Source of the DNA: Desulfurococcales archaeon
GTDB lineage: Archaea > Thermoproteota > Thermoprotei_A > Sulfolobales > NBVN01
Assembly: GCA_015521325.1 (NCBI GenBank)
Contig: WAOK01000001.1
Location: forward strand, 144,412 to 208,411
Length of the DNA stretch: 64,000 bases
Reading direction: 5' to 3'
Position 1 is the stretch's first letter. The number at the start of each line of letters is the position of its first letter. The notes under the pieces are model-generated. The model searched no databases and was not told the origin of the DNA. It saw only the letters and a program-made list of their open reading frames with translations. Positions 9,365 through 18,512 of this stretch are shown here, one piece after another. Both the position numbers and the translations under genes were made by a program.

Positions 9365-9862
9365 TTGGTGAGGGTTCTGTGGGCTCCATGGAGAATGGAG
9401 TACCTGCGGAAATATGGTGGAGGGGTGAAGAGCTGCATATTCTGTGATGCAGTGAGAGGCGATGACAGAAGTCATTATGTGGTCTACAGGAGTAAGTATA
9501 GCATAGCTATACTAAATATATACCCGTATAATACGGCGCACGTCATGGTGGCACCAATACGGCATATTCCGAGGCCGGACCTCCTCACCGAGGAGGAGGC
9601 CATAGACATCCATAAGCTTGTCTCTATTGTTATGAGGGCTATAGAGGATGAGTACTCTCCCCAAGGGTTCAACATAGGCATGAACATTGGAAGGGTAGCG
9701 GGGGCCGGTATTGAGGCCCATATGCATATACACATAGTCCCACGCTGGAACGGAGACACGAACTTTATGCCGGTGATAGCTGGCACGAAGGTTATGCCTG
9801 AGGAACTAAGCACTACATGGGAAAGGATAAGGAGAGCAATACAGCGCCAGCTCAGTAAGTAG
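9365..9862 (+). CDS. HIT-family nucleotide hydrolase/transferase
   Basis: Histidine triad HMHIHIVPRW and N-terminal CIFC. Confidence 0.85.
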   Translation: MVRVLWAPWRMEYLRKYGGGVKSCIFCDAVRGDDRSHYVVYRSKYSIAILNIYPYNTAHVMVAPIRHIPRPDLLTEEEAIDIHKLVSIVMRAIEDEYSPQGFNIGMNIGRVAGAGIEAHMHIHIVPRWNGDTNFMPVIAGTKVMPEELSTTWERIRRAIQRQLSK

Positions 9863-9948
9863 GACGGTCCTTCCCTTATATCACGTCGGAATCAACTCAA
9901 ACCTTTATGATGCTAAGAAGGATATCTTCTATGAGGGGTTAAATAGCC

Positions 9949-10983
9949 ATGAAACATTTAGTGGCAGATCTCACGGGTAAAGACTTAATCACGACCCAGG
10001 ACTGGAGCGTTGAGGAACTCAGGCTTGCCATAGAACTTGCTAAGGACCTGAAGAGGCGGTACGTACACTACGGAATAGAAGGGATACCAAAGATATTAGA
10101 TAGGAAGACGTTCTTCATGCTCTTCTACGCACCCTCTACCAGGACTAGGGCAGCGTTCGAAGCCGCGATGACATACCTTGGCGGCCATGCACAGTACATC
10201 GAGGCCAGAATGACCAGAATGGGTGAAGGTGAGAAGGTGAAAGACGTAGTAACAATGTACGAGAGATACGGGCAGGGCCTAGGCATAAGGATACTCGACA
10301 AGGCGATAGACTTCAAGCATGGCGTCGGTAACGCAATCATAAGGGAGGCCGCCAAGCACATCAGCATACCCGTAATCAACATGGCTGACGACCAGTTCCA
10401 CCCCACCCAGGGACTCGCTGACTACATGACATTCGAGGAGGTCTTCCCGAACCCGAGGGGCAAGAAGTACGTCATCATGTGGGCATACTCCCCGCATATT
10501 AGAGGGCCATGCAGCGTTAACGAGGACCTCCTCCTCTTCACGAGGATGGGTGTTGACGTTACTGTGGTCTATCCGCCGGAGTTCGAGCTATACCCGGACA
10601 TCGTGGAGATGGCCAAGAAGAACGCTGAGGCGAGCGGCGCCCACCTTGAGTTCAGCCACGACTACAAGGAAGCGTTGAGGGGCGCCCACGCAGTCTTCCC
10701 GAGGAACTGGGCGACCAGGCAGCTCCAGGAGCTAGGGTACAGCAAGTTCGCTGAGCAGGAGCTCCAGATATACGAGAAGTACAAGGACTGGAAGGTCACT
10801 AAGGAGCTCATGGACCTCATGGACAAGAGCGGTGTACTAATGCACGTCATGCCCATAATGAGGGGCTATGAGGCCGACGACGAGGTCGTTGACTCACCCA
10901 GATCGGTGCTCTACGAGCAGGCCGAGAACGGGCTATGGACCAAGGCCGCTGTCCTGGCCTTGACCATGGCCAACATAAGGTAA
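9949..10983 (+). CDS. YgeW-type carbamoyltransferase paralog 1 (substrate unknown)
   Basis: Carbamoyl-phosphate motifs STRTR and HPTQGLAD. YgeW-like WAYSPHIRGPCSV and KDWKVT. Lacks the OTC HCLP motif (has HVMPIMRG). Confidence 0.8.
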   Translation: MKHLVADLTGKDLITTQDWSVEELRLAIELAKDLKRRYVHYGIEGIPKILDRKTFFMLFYAPSTRTRAAFEAAMTYLGGHAQYIEARMTRMGEGEKVKDVVTMYERYGQGLGIRILDKAIDFKHGVGNAIIREAAKHISIPVINMADDQFHPTQGLADYMTFEEVFPNPRGKKYVIMWAYSPHIRGPCSVNEDLLLFTRMGVDVTVVYPPEFELYPDIVEMAKKNAEASGAHLEFSHDYKEALRGAHAVFPRNWATRQLQELGYSKFAEQELQIYEKYKDWKVTKELMDLMDKSGVLMHVMPIMRGYEADDEVVDSPRSVLYEQAENGLWTKAAVLALTMANIR

Positions 10984-11111
10984 GCGAAATCTTAACATAG
11001 ATATGCATAAACGATAGGCAAACACCACATAATTTTCTTAGCCACCTAAACCAGGTAGCATTAGACTCTCTTTTTAAAAAGCCGACCAATCATTAAGGTG
11101 AGGTCCTGACC

Positions 11112-12182
11112 ATGGGACTTCCTTGGTATGTCGGGTACTTCGAGGGCAAGCACTGGCTAACCAACATTGACTACACCCAGGAAGACATAAGGAAGGTCAT
11201 AGAGGCGGCCCTTGACCTGAAAAGGAAGTTCAGGAGCCGGGTACCAACCCCCTACCTCAAGGGTAAGACGCTCTTCATGCTATTCTATAACAGGTCGCTA
11301 AGGACCAGGAACAGCTTCGAGGCCGGCATGTTCCAGCTGGGCGGCCACGCCCACTTCCTCTCCCCGAACGACGTCTACACGCCGACCCTGCCGGAGGACA
11401 TGGAGCCCTACAAGACCGAGGCCATCAGGGACGTGGCCAGGGTGCTCAGCAGGTACGGCGACGGCATAGCTATAAGGATCTATGGCGACGCAGCCAAGTG
11501 GCATATCGGCAGGGGACACAGGGTCATCGAGGAGTTCGCTAAGTGGGCAGAGATACCCGTGCTTAACATGGAGGACGACGTCTACCACCCGTTCCAAGCC
11601 CTCGCTGACATAATGGCGGTTCTGGAGGTCATGCCGAAGATACAGGGCAAGAAGTTTGTCGTATCCTACGCCTACAGCGGCGGTCTAAAGCCCCTCGCCG
11701 TCCCGCAGAGCGTGACTCTAATAGCGGCGATGTTCGGCGCCGAGGTCGTGCTGGCCCACCCGCCGGGCTTCGAGCTACAGGATCACATAATCCAGAAGGC
11801 TAAGGAGCTTGCGGATCAGTACGGCGGTAGCTTCACCATAACCAACAACATGGAGGAAGCCTTCGAAGGTGCTGCTGTGGTCTATCCGAAGGCCTGGTCG
11901 CCGAAGGGCTTCTTCCCGCCGTATAACAGCTCAGTAGACAAGGAGGGCGCTAAGGAGTACCAGAAGAAGTTCAAGGACTGGATAGTCACTATGGATCTCC
12001 TTGAGAAATCTGGCAAGCCGTACTACATGCACTGCGGCCCTGCTGACAGAGGGCAGGAGGTCACTGACGAGGTGCTTGACAGCTACGAGAAGAGCCTCTA
12101 CTTCCAGGAGGCGGAGAACAGGCTCCACGTCCAGAAGGCCGTAATGGCCATGGTTATGGGCTCTAGGTTCCAGGAGTTTTAA
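11112..12182 (+). CDS. YgeW-type carbamoyltransferase paralog 2 (substrate unknown)
   Basis: SLRTRNSFE, HPFQALAD, YAYSGGLKPLAVPQS, YPKAWSP, KDWIVT, YMHCGPADRG. This closely parallels E. coli YgeW as I recall it. Confidence 0.8.
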   Translation: MGLPWYVGYFEGKHWLTNIDYTQEDIRKVIEAALDLKRKFRSRVPTPYLKGKTLFMLFYNRSLRTRNSFEAGMFQLGGHAHFLSPNDVYTPTLPEDMEPYKTEAIRDVARVLSRYGDGIAIRIYGDAAKWHIGRGHRVIEEFAKWAEIPVLNMEDDVYHPFQALADIMAVLEVMPKIQGKKFVVSYAYSGGLKPLAVPQSVTLIAAMFGAEVVLAHPPGFELQDHIIQKAKELADQYGGSFTITNNMEEAFEGAAVVYPKAWSPKGFFPPYNSSVDKEGAKEYQKKFKDWIVTMDLLEKSGKPYYMHCGPADRGQEVTDEVLDSYEKSLYFQEAENRLHVQKAVMAMVMGSRFQEF

Positions 12183-12248
12183 ATCAAAACCTCAAAATAA
12201 CCTATAACCCAAACCGCATGAGTAAATCACAAGTATCGGTGATCAGTC

Positions 12249-13214
12249 ATGTCTGAGAGGAACGAGAAGTATGTGTTGATTGCTCTGGGAGGTAACGCGT
12301 TCCAGACTAAGGGCGAGCCTGGTACGCCTGAGAACTACTGGAAGAACGCGTATAGAGCAGCCGAGACAATAGTGAAGATAATTAAAGAAGGGTATAAGGT
12401 GGCGATCACCCACGGTAATGGTCCGCAGGTAGGAACGATACTTGAGTGGATGGAGAGATCTAAGGACAAGATACCGCCACTAACAATGGACATAGCCGGT
12501 GCAATGACTCAGGGTTGGCTGGGCTACCTGCTCATGCAGGCTATCGGCAACCTCCTCATCAAGGAAGGCATCAAGGACCACGTCAAGGGCGTAGTGGCTA
12601 TAGTGAACCAGGTGCTCGTAAGCAAGGACGACCCAGCTTGGCAGAACCCAACCAAGTATGTCGGTAGCTACTACACTGAGGAGGAGGCCAAGCGCCTGGC
12701 CAAAGAAAAGGGCTGGGTGATTAAGCCTGACCCGAGGGGCGGCTGGAGGAGGGTTGTGCCCTCCCCAGACCCCAAGGAAAACATTGAGGTAGGTGCTGTT
12801 AAGAAACTGCTTGATGAGGGCTGGATAGTTATAGCATCAGGTGGAGGCGGCATACCTGTGGTCAGGGAGGATGACGGTACCCTAAAGGGTGTTGAGGCAG
12901 TGATCGACAAGGACTTGGCGGGAGAGGTTCTGGCGACCGCACTAGGTGTTGGCCAGTTCGTAATCCTCACCGACGTTGACGGTGTGTACCTGAACTTCAA
13001 GCAGCCCAACCAGAAGAAGCTTGACGTGGTGAAGGCCTCAGAGCTTGAGAAGTACTACAAGGAGGGTCACTTCAAACCAGGTTCCATGGGCCCGAAGGTA
13101 TTAGCAGCGATAAGGTTCGTGAGACACGGTGGTCTTAGGGCTGCTATTGGTCACCTAAAGCAGGGATATGAAGTCGTTAAGGGACAGGCAGGAACCACGA
13201 TACTCCCAGATTGA
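12249..13214 (+). CDS. arcC: Carbamate kinase
   Basis: ALGGNAF, THGNGPQVG, GGGGIPV, DKDLA motifs. 321 aa. Confidence 0.9.
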   Translation: MSERNEKYVLIALGGNAFQTKGEPGTPENYWKNAYRAAETIVKIIKEGYKVAITHGNGPQVGTILEWMERSKDKIPPLTMDIAGAMTQGWLGYLLMQAIGNLLIKEGIKDHVKGVVAIVNQVLVSKDDPAWQNPTKYVGSYYTEEEAKRLAKEKGWVIKPDPRGGWRRVVPSPDPKENIEVGAVKKLLDEGWIVIASGGGGIPVVREDDGTLKGVEAVIDKDLAGEVLATALGVGQFVILTDVDGVYLNFKQPNQKKLDVVKASELEKYYKEGHFKPGSMGPKVLAAIRFVRHGGLRAAIGHLKQGYEVVKGQAGTTILPD

Positions 13215-13231
13215 GTAGAAGAGGATAATGA

Positions 13232-13242
13232 TTTTTTCTTTT
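13232..13242 (+). terminator. Oligo-T tract after carbamate kinase (possible archaeal terminator)
   Basis: TTTTTTCTTTT lies 18 nt after the stop and opens a 221-nt AT-rich spacer inside the cluster. Confidence 0.3.
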
Positions 13243-13435
13243 AATCTAAGTTGTTTCTAATTTTCATCGACTCATACGCAATAATCTTTAATTCCAGTTC
13301 TGGCCTAGGCTATCTTAACTAAATAATGTACATTATCGAATATAATAGTACCTCGCCCCGTATCTTGCTTATTTGCTTTCCTTAATTAACGGTTTATTAA
13401 AAGGTACGCCAGCGATAGATTTCTAGGAGAAGATT

Positions 13436-14824
13436 ATGAAAGATAAAGTTGACATGCTCATAAATAACGCTCTCGTTGTAACAATGAATAAAAACAGAGA
13501 CGTCATACCAAGAGGTTTTGTTGCTGTAAGAGACGGGAAAATTGTCGACGTAGGCGTAGGTGATGGCACCAGCAAGTACGAGGCAGAGGAGGTTATTGAG
13601 GGACGGCGCACGATTGTCACACCAGGCTTTGTATGTGCTCACACACATTTCTATGGCGTGTTACTTGCTGCCTCTACATGGTTCGGGCTTATCGAGCCAC
13701 CCACAGACTTTCAACAGAACCTGCAGAGGATATGGTGGGCCCTTGATGAAAACATAACACACGACGATATCTATGCAGCCTCATTAATGGGTTCCATAAT
13801 GTTCGCCAGAACAGGCACCACCTTCTTCAAGGACATGAACTCCTCACCAAATTCAGTAACTAACGGTCTGGACTATATAAGGAAAGGAGCGGAGGAGGTC
13901 GGTCTGAGGGGCTATGCTGGCTTCTGCGCTACACAGAGAAGGAGTCTGGAGGAGGGCTTTAAGATAATAGCTGAGAACGAGAGATTCGTTAGAGAAACAC
14001 ATGCCGACCCCAAGGCTAAAGTAAAGGGATTCTTCGCTGTTCACGCGTCCTTTACCGTAACCGATGATGTCCTAATCAAGACTAAGGAACTAGCTGACAA
14101 GTACGGCACGATTTATGCGATGCATGTGGAGGAAGGTCTCATAGACGTTTACCACAACATAGAAAGGTATGGCAAGAGACCTGTCGAGAGGCTTAGGGAC
14201 ATCGGGTTCCTATCTGACAGGTTCGTTGCGGTGCACGTGGTTCAGGCAATCGATGAGGAGCTCAAAATAATTAAGGAATACGGCGTGCACGTGGCACATA
14301 ATGCTATGAGCAACATGATAAACGGCGTTGGCGTCCCACGTATCCAGAGAATGCTGGAGCTGGGCATAAATGTCGCTATAGGCAACGACGGTTACGTATT
14401 CGATGTATTCGATAATATGAGGTCGACGTACCTCGTTCATAAGGTCGTGAACAAGGATCCGAGGATCCTTGCCCCTCTAGATGTTATCGAGATGGCGACA
14501 ATCAACGCTGCTAAGGCCCTGCACGTAGACGATAGAATAGGGTCGATAGAGCCGGGTAAGGACGCTGACATAGTGATCATAAGGCCTGAGTTCGTGCCGA
14601 CGCCGCTGAATGAGAAAACGGTATACGGCCACATGGTAAATACGTTCACCGGCCAGGATGTTTGGGGTGTCCTTGTGGAGGGTAGGTGGGTGACCAAGGA
14701 GAGGAAGGTCGTGACGGTGGACGTCGAGGATGCTATGGAGAGAGCCCACAAGACCATAGCGAGGCTCTGGGATAGGATGGCTTCGATGGAGGAGAAATAT
14801 AAGATAGAGTACCTCCGTACGTGA
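13436..14824 (+). CDS. SsnA-like amidohydrolase (cyclic amidohydrolase/chlorohydrolase superfamily)
   Basis: PGFVCAHTHFYG metal site, RIWWALDENITHDDIY (compare SsnA NLWWRLDRAL), HVEE, HNAMSNM, GNDG. Confidence 0.75.
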   Translation: MKDKVDMLINNALVVTMNKNRDVIPRGFVAVRDGKIVDVGVGDGTSKYEAEEVIEGRRTIVTPGFVCAHTHFYGVLLAASTWFGLIEPPTDFQQNLQRIWWALDENITHDDIYAASLMGSIMFARTGTTFFKDMNSSPNSVTNGLDYIRKGAEEVGLRGYAGFCATQRRSLEEGFKIIAENERFVRETHADPKAKVKGFFAVHASFTVTDDVLIKTKELADKYGTIYAMHVEEGLIDVYHNIERYGKRPVERLRDIGFLSDRFVAVHVVQAIDEELKIIKEYGVHVAHNAMSNMINGVGVPRIQRMLELGINVAIGNDGYVFDVFDNMRSTYLVHKVVNKDPRILAPLDVIEMATINAAKALHVDDRIGSIEPGKDADIVIIRPEFVPTPLNEKTVYGHMVNTFTGQDVWGVLVEGRWVTKERKVVTVDVEDAMERAHKTIARLWDRMASMEEKYKIEYLRT

Positions 14825-14846
14825 ACTTTTGTGGGGGTGAACGTAG

Positions 14847-16067
14847 GTGGCGGTAGACCTAACCGTAGAGATAGCGGGCCTAAAGTTCAAGAACCCCATT
14901 CTGAACTCTGCGTGCCCCATATCTAGGGATGGGCCGGCTATGGAGAGACTGGCTGAGGCCGGAATAGGTGGCCTAGTGAGCAAAACTATAGGCGTCGTCG
15001 CCGCTAAGGTACCGAGACCACACATGGGCGTGGTGAACAGGGGCATAATCGATATGGTCGTGCCGACGTACAGGGGAGGACAGTTCCAGACTAGGGTTAA
15101 TAGAATAAGGGGCGCGTTCTACGGACTCCTTAACGCTGAGCTGTGGACTGATCTCCCACCGGAGCAGTGGTTCGAGAAGGAGCTGCCCTACGCCAGGAAA
15201 GTTGCTGACAAGTTCGGGATACCCCTGATCGCCAGCATCGGTTACAAGCCCCACGAGCTGAAGGAGCTCGGGCCGAAGGCGGTAAAGGCTGGTGCCGAGG
15301 GCATAGAGTTCTCGACACACTACCTCGGCTACGATTACAGGCCGGTTATCGAGTCAGCTAAGGCGCTGAGGGAGGCCGTGGATGTGCCGATATTCCCGAA
15401 GCTCTCTCCACACATCTACGGGCTCACTGAGATGGTCAAAGAGCTCGAGCAGGTCGGCGTGGACGGTATAGTAGCTATAAACACTGTGGGCCCAGCCCTC
15501 CACATAGACATCGAGACCGGCAGACCATACATGGGCGGCCCCTTCGGCCACGGCTGGCTCTCGGGCCCAGCAATAAAGCCCATAGGTGTGGCGATAGTGG
15601 CGGAGATAGCAAAGAACACTAAGCTCCCCGTGATCGGTGTCGGAGGAGTCACCACGCCTGAGGACGTGATCGAGTACATAATGGCCGGTGCCTCGGCGGT
15701 GCAGGTCTGTACATCAGTCCTCGTGGAAGGTCTTGGAGTAATAAAGAAGCTTGTCGAGGGGGTTGAGAAGTGGCTGAAGGAGCACGGCTACTCATCGATT
15801 GAGGACATAAGGGGTAAGGCCCTGAAGTACCTGACCAAGGAGCCAGGGTGGTGGGAGATAAAGCCGCCGAAGGTCAATGAGGAGCTCTGTATCTCGTGCG
15901 GGCTCTGTGAGCAGGTCTGTGACTACGACGCTGTCCACCTAGTGAATAAGGGCGGCAAGCTACTGCCTGTAGTGAACGAGCAGAAGTGCTACGGATGCGG
16001 CCTCTGTACGACAGCCTGCCCGACCAGAGCGATACACTTCCCAGACGAGTACTGGCCCAAGATATGA
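14847..16067 (+). CDS. Dihydroorotate/dihydropyrimidine dehydrogenase (PreA)-like flavoenzyme with C-terminal 2x[4Fe-4S] ferredoxin domain
   Basis: TIM-barrel DHODH-fold motifs (FKNPILNSA, GVGGV). C-terminus CISCGLCEQVCD and CYGCGLCTTACP. GTG start. Confidence 0.8.
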   Translation: MAVDLTVEIAGLKFKNPILNSACPISRDGPAMERLAEAGIGGLVSKTIGVVAAKVPRPHMGVVNRGIIDMVVPTYRGGQFQTRVNRIRGAFYGLLNAELWTDLPPEQWFEKELPYARKVADKFGIPLIASIGYKPHELKELGPKAVKAGAEGIEFSTHYLGYDYRPVIESAKALREAVDVPIFPKLSPHIYGLTEMVKELEQVGVDGIVAINTVGPALHIDIETGRPYMGGPFGHGWLSGPAIKPIGVAIVAEIAKNTKLPVIGVGGVTTPEDVIEYIMAGASAVQVCTSVLVEGLGVIKKLVEGVEKWLKEHGYSSIEDIRGKALKYLTKEPGWWEIKPPKVNEELCISCGLCEQVCDYDAVHLVNKGGKLLPVVNEQKCYGCGLCTTACPTRAIHFPDEYWPKI

Positions 16068-16149
16068 AGCGAGTAGGCGTCCGTTTTTACAATTGCAAGT
16101 TAATTTTCTCACATAACCTCACCCACTCATTACCTCTGAGGTCCCAGAG

Positions 16150-17424
16150 TTGAGTAGGTTCATTAAGTACCTAAAGTGCTCCAGATGCGGCAGGATCTAC
16201 TCATATGAGGACGCCCGGATAACGTGCGAGAATAATGACCTAGGTAGGCTCGACATATATTATGACTACGAAGCGATGAAGGAAGTCGTGACGAAAGATT
16301 ACCTAGCTAAGATACCGCTTGAGAGCATGTGGAAATACAAGGACCTCATCCCACCAAAGGACGAGAGCAAGATCGTTAGCCTAGGCGAGGGCGCTACCCC
16401 GCTAATAAAGGCGAAGAGGCTGGCGGAGGAGCTCGGCCTGAAGAACCTCTATCTGAAGGACGAGACCAGGAACCCTACGGGCTCGTTTAAGGACAGGGGC
16501 ATGTCGGTTGCGGTAAGTGTTGCCAAGGAGTTCGGCTTTACTAAGGCAGTAACAGCGTCCAGCGGTAACGCCGCCGCTGCACTGGCGGCCTACGGTGCCA
16601 GGGCCGGGATCGACGTCATAGCGTTCGTGATAGAGCAGGCTGGCTACGGCAAGATAGCCCAGCTCCTCTTCTACGGTGCCAAGGTATTCAGGGTGCGCGG
16701 ACTCGGTAGGGAAGACCCGACCGTTAAGTTAATGAGGATGGTGCACGAGAAGTTCGGCTTCTACATGGCCCCAAGCTTCGGTCCCTTCAACCCGTACCAG
16801 ATCGAGGGTCCCAAGACGATCTCCTATGAGGTCGTGGAGCAGCTGGGCTGGAGAAGGCCTGACTGGGTCTTCGTTCCCGTTGGAGCGGCGTCACTCCTCA
16901 CAGGAGTCTGGAAGGGGTTCAGGGACTTTAGGGAGCTAGGCATAATACCTGACCTACCTCACCTCTTTGCCGTTCAGTCAACAGGTAACCCACCGTTCGT
17001 GAGAGCATACAAGGAAGGACAGGACCCATTCAACATAAGACCCTGGGATCACCCCCACACAATAGCTTGGGGCCTCGAGGACCCGTACCCCTGGGACGGT
17101 GACGCAGGTATAGCGGCTCTTAAAGAGACTAAGGGCGACGCCGAGGAGGTTCCGGACGAACTAATACTGAAGGCAATGAAGCTCCTAGCATCTAGGGAGG
17201 GTGTGTTCGCAGAACCTTCCGGCGCGGCTGGACTTGCTGGTCTCATGGCAGCGCTTGAGGACGGGAGAATAGATAAAGATGAGGAGGTAGTGGTGCTCAT
17301 AACAGGTCACGGACTCAAGGACCCAGACGTAGTAAAGGAGAGTGCTGGCGACGCTCCCACGATCAGCGCTGACCTCGAGGAATTCAAGGCTGTTCTGAGC
17401 AATGCTTACGGCATTAAGATCTAG
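16150..17424 (+). CDS. Fold-type II PLP enzyme, threonine synthase-like, with N-terminal zinc ribbon
   Basis: PLP-lysine motif TGSFKDRG, SSGNAA, N-terminal CSRCGRIY...C. TTG start. Confidence 0.75.
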   Translation: MSRFIKYLKCSRCGRIYSYEDARITCENNDLGRLDIYYDYEAMKEVVTKDYLAKIPLESMWKYKDLIPPKDESKIVSLGEGATPLIKAKRLAEELGLKNLYLKDETRNPTGSFKDRGMSVAVSVAKEFGFTKAVTASSGNAAAALAAYGARAGIDVIAFVIEQAGYGKIAQLLFYGAKVFRVRGLGREDPTVKLMRMVHEKFGFYMAPSFGPFNPYQIEGPKTISYEVVEQLGWRRPDWVFVPVGAASLLTGVWKGFRDFRELGIIPDLPHLFAVQSTGNPPFVRAYKEGQDPFNIRPWDHPHTIAWGLEDPYPWDGDAGIAALKETKGDAEEVPDELILKAMKLLASREGVFAEPSGAAGLAGLMAALEDGRIDKDEEVVVLITGHGLKDPDVVKESAGDAPTISADLEEFKAVLSNAYGIKI

Positions 17425-17522
17425 TGATTTTTACTCAGTAATGGCCCATGTATTACCACAGATAAGGGCCTTAAGCCGCCCCTGACCTAACCTGTAGGGG
17501 GTTTCACCTGGACGCTGTACTG

Positions 17523-18512
17523 ATGAGGACATTAGTGAGGGGAAACGACCACGGAGTAATATCGGTTAGCTTAGTTGACATAGATGGTGTCGAGGACGGA
17601 AGGATCCGCATAGTTACCCACGCACACTCAGACCACACGGTGGGTCTGAGCAAGAGCGCTAACATATCAGAGAAGATAGTCGCCACTCCCCTCACGCTTG
17701 AGTGGTTGCCCGTGCTCGGCTATAAACTACCGAGGCATAAGCTACTACCCCTTAACTACGGCGAGGGGGTAAAGGCGGGTGATCTAAAAATAACGTTCTA
17801 TGAGTCGGTGCATATTCCCGGCACTGCGCAGGTGATGATAGAGTTCCCAGACGGTACAACACTAGCTTACACAAGCGATTTCAAGAAACCCGGTGAGGGT
17901 ACCCCCATCTTGAGCCCGGATGTGCTGGTCATCGACGCCGTTTATGGGAGGCCGAACTACGTGAGGGAGTTTGACGACATCATAGACACAATCCTCGCTG
18001 ATGCAGTGAGAGAGCTCCTAGCAACTGGGCCTGTGTACCTTTACGGTTACCATGGCAAAATACAGGAGGTAATGGAGGTACTCCGCAGAGAAGGTGTCGA
18101 CGCCCCCTTCATACTGCCGTATAAGCAGTATCAGTTGGCGAGAATAGCCGAGAGACACGGTCATAGGTTCGGTGACTACGTTCTCCAGGGAACAGATGAG
18201 GCCGAGGACATAGTTAGGGATGGGTGGTTCATCTACTTCGCTCACGTCAACTCGAAGAAGAGGCTGAACGGCGTTATGGGTAACCACCTAATACTGAGTG
18301 GGTGGGAGTTCAGCAGACCCTACAAAAGGATAGGGCGGAATAAGTGGCTCGTGGCCTTTAGCGATCACGCGGACTTCATGGGACTCCTTAAGTACGTGGA
18401 GGAAAGCCAGCCTAAGCTCCTGCTTGTGAACTCGCCGAGGAGCACGGGAGGGATAGAATTCGCTGAGTACATTAGGAAAAAACTTGGGATAGAGGCCCTG
18501 CTACTCCCCTAA
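17523..18512 (+). CDS. Metallo-beta-lactamase fold hydrolase, beta-CASP-like (possible RNA/DNA nuclease)
   Basis: THAHSDHTVG (HxHxDH) and C-terminal FSDHADF. Confidence 0.6.
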   Translation: MRTLVRGNDHGVISVSLVDIDGVEDGRIRIVTHAHSDHTVGLSKSANISEKIVATPLTLEWLPVLGYKLPRHKLLPLNYGEGVKAGDLKITFYESVHIPGTAQVMIEFPDGTTLAYTSDFKKPGEGTPILSPDVLVIDAVYGRPNYVREFDDIIDTILADAVRELLATGPVYLYGYHGKIQEVMEVLRREGVDAPFILPYKQYQLARIAERHGHRFGDYVLQGTDEAEDIVRDGWFIYFAHVNSKKRLNGVMGNHLILSGWEFSRPYKRIGRNKWLVAFSDHADFMGLLKYVEESQPKLLLVNSPRSTGGIEFAEYIRKKLGIEALLLP

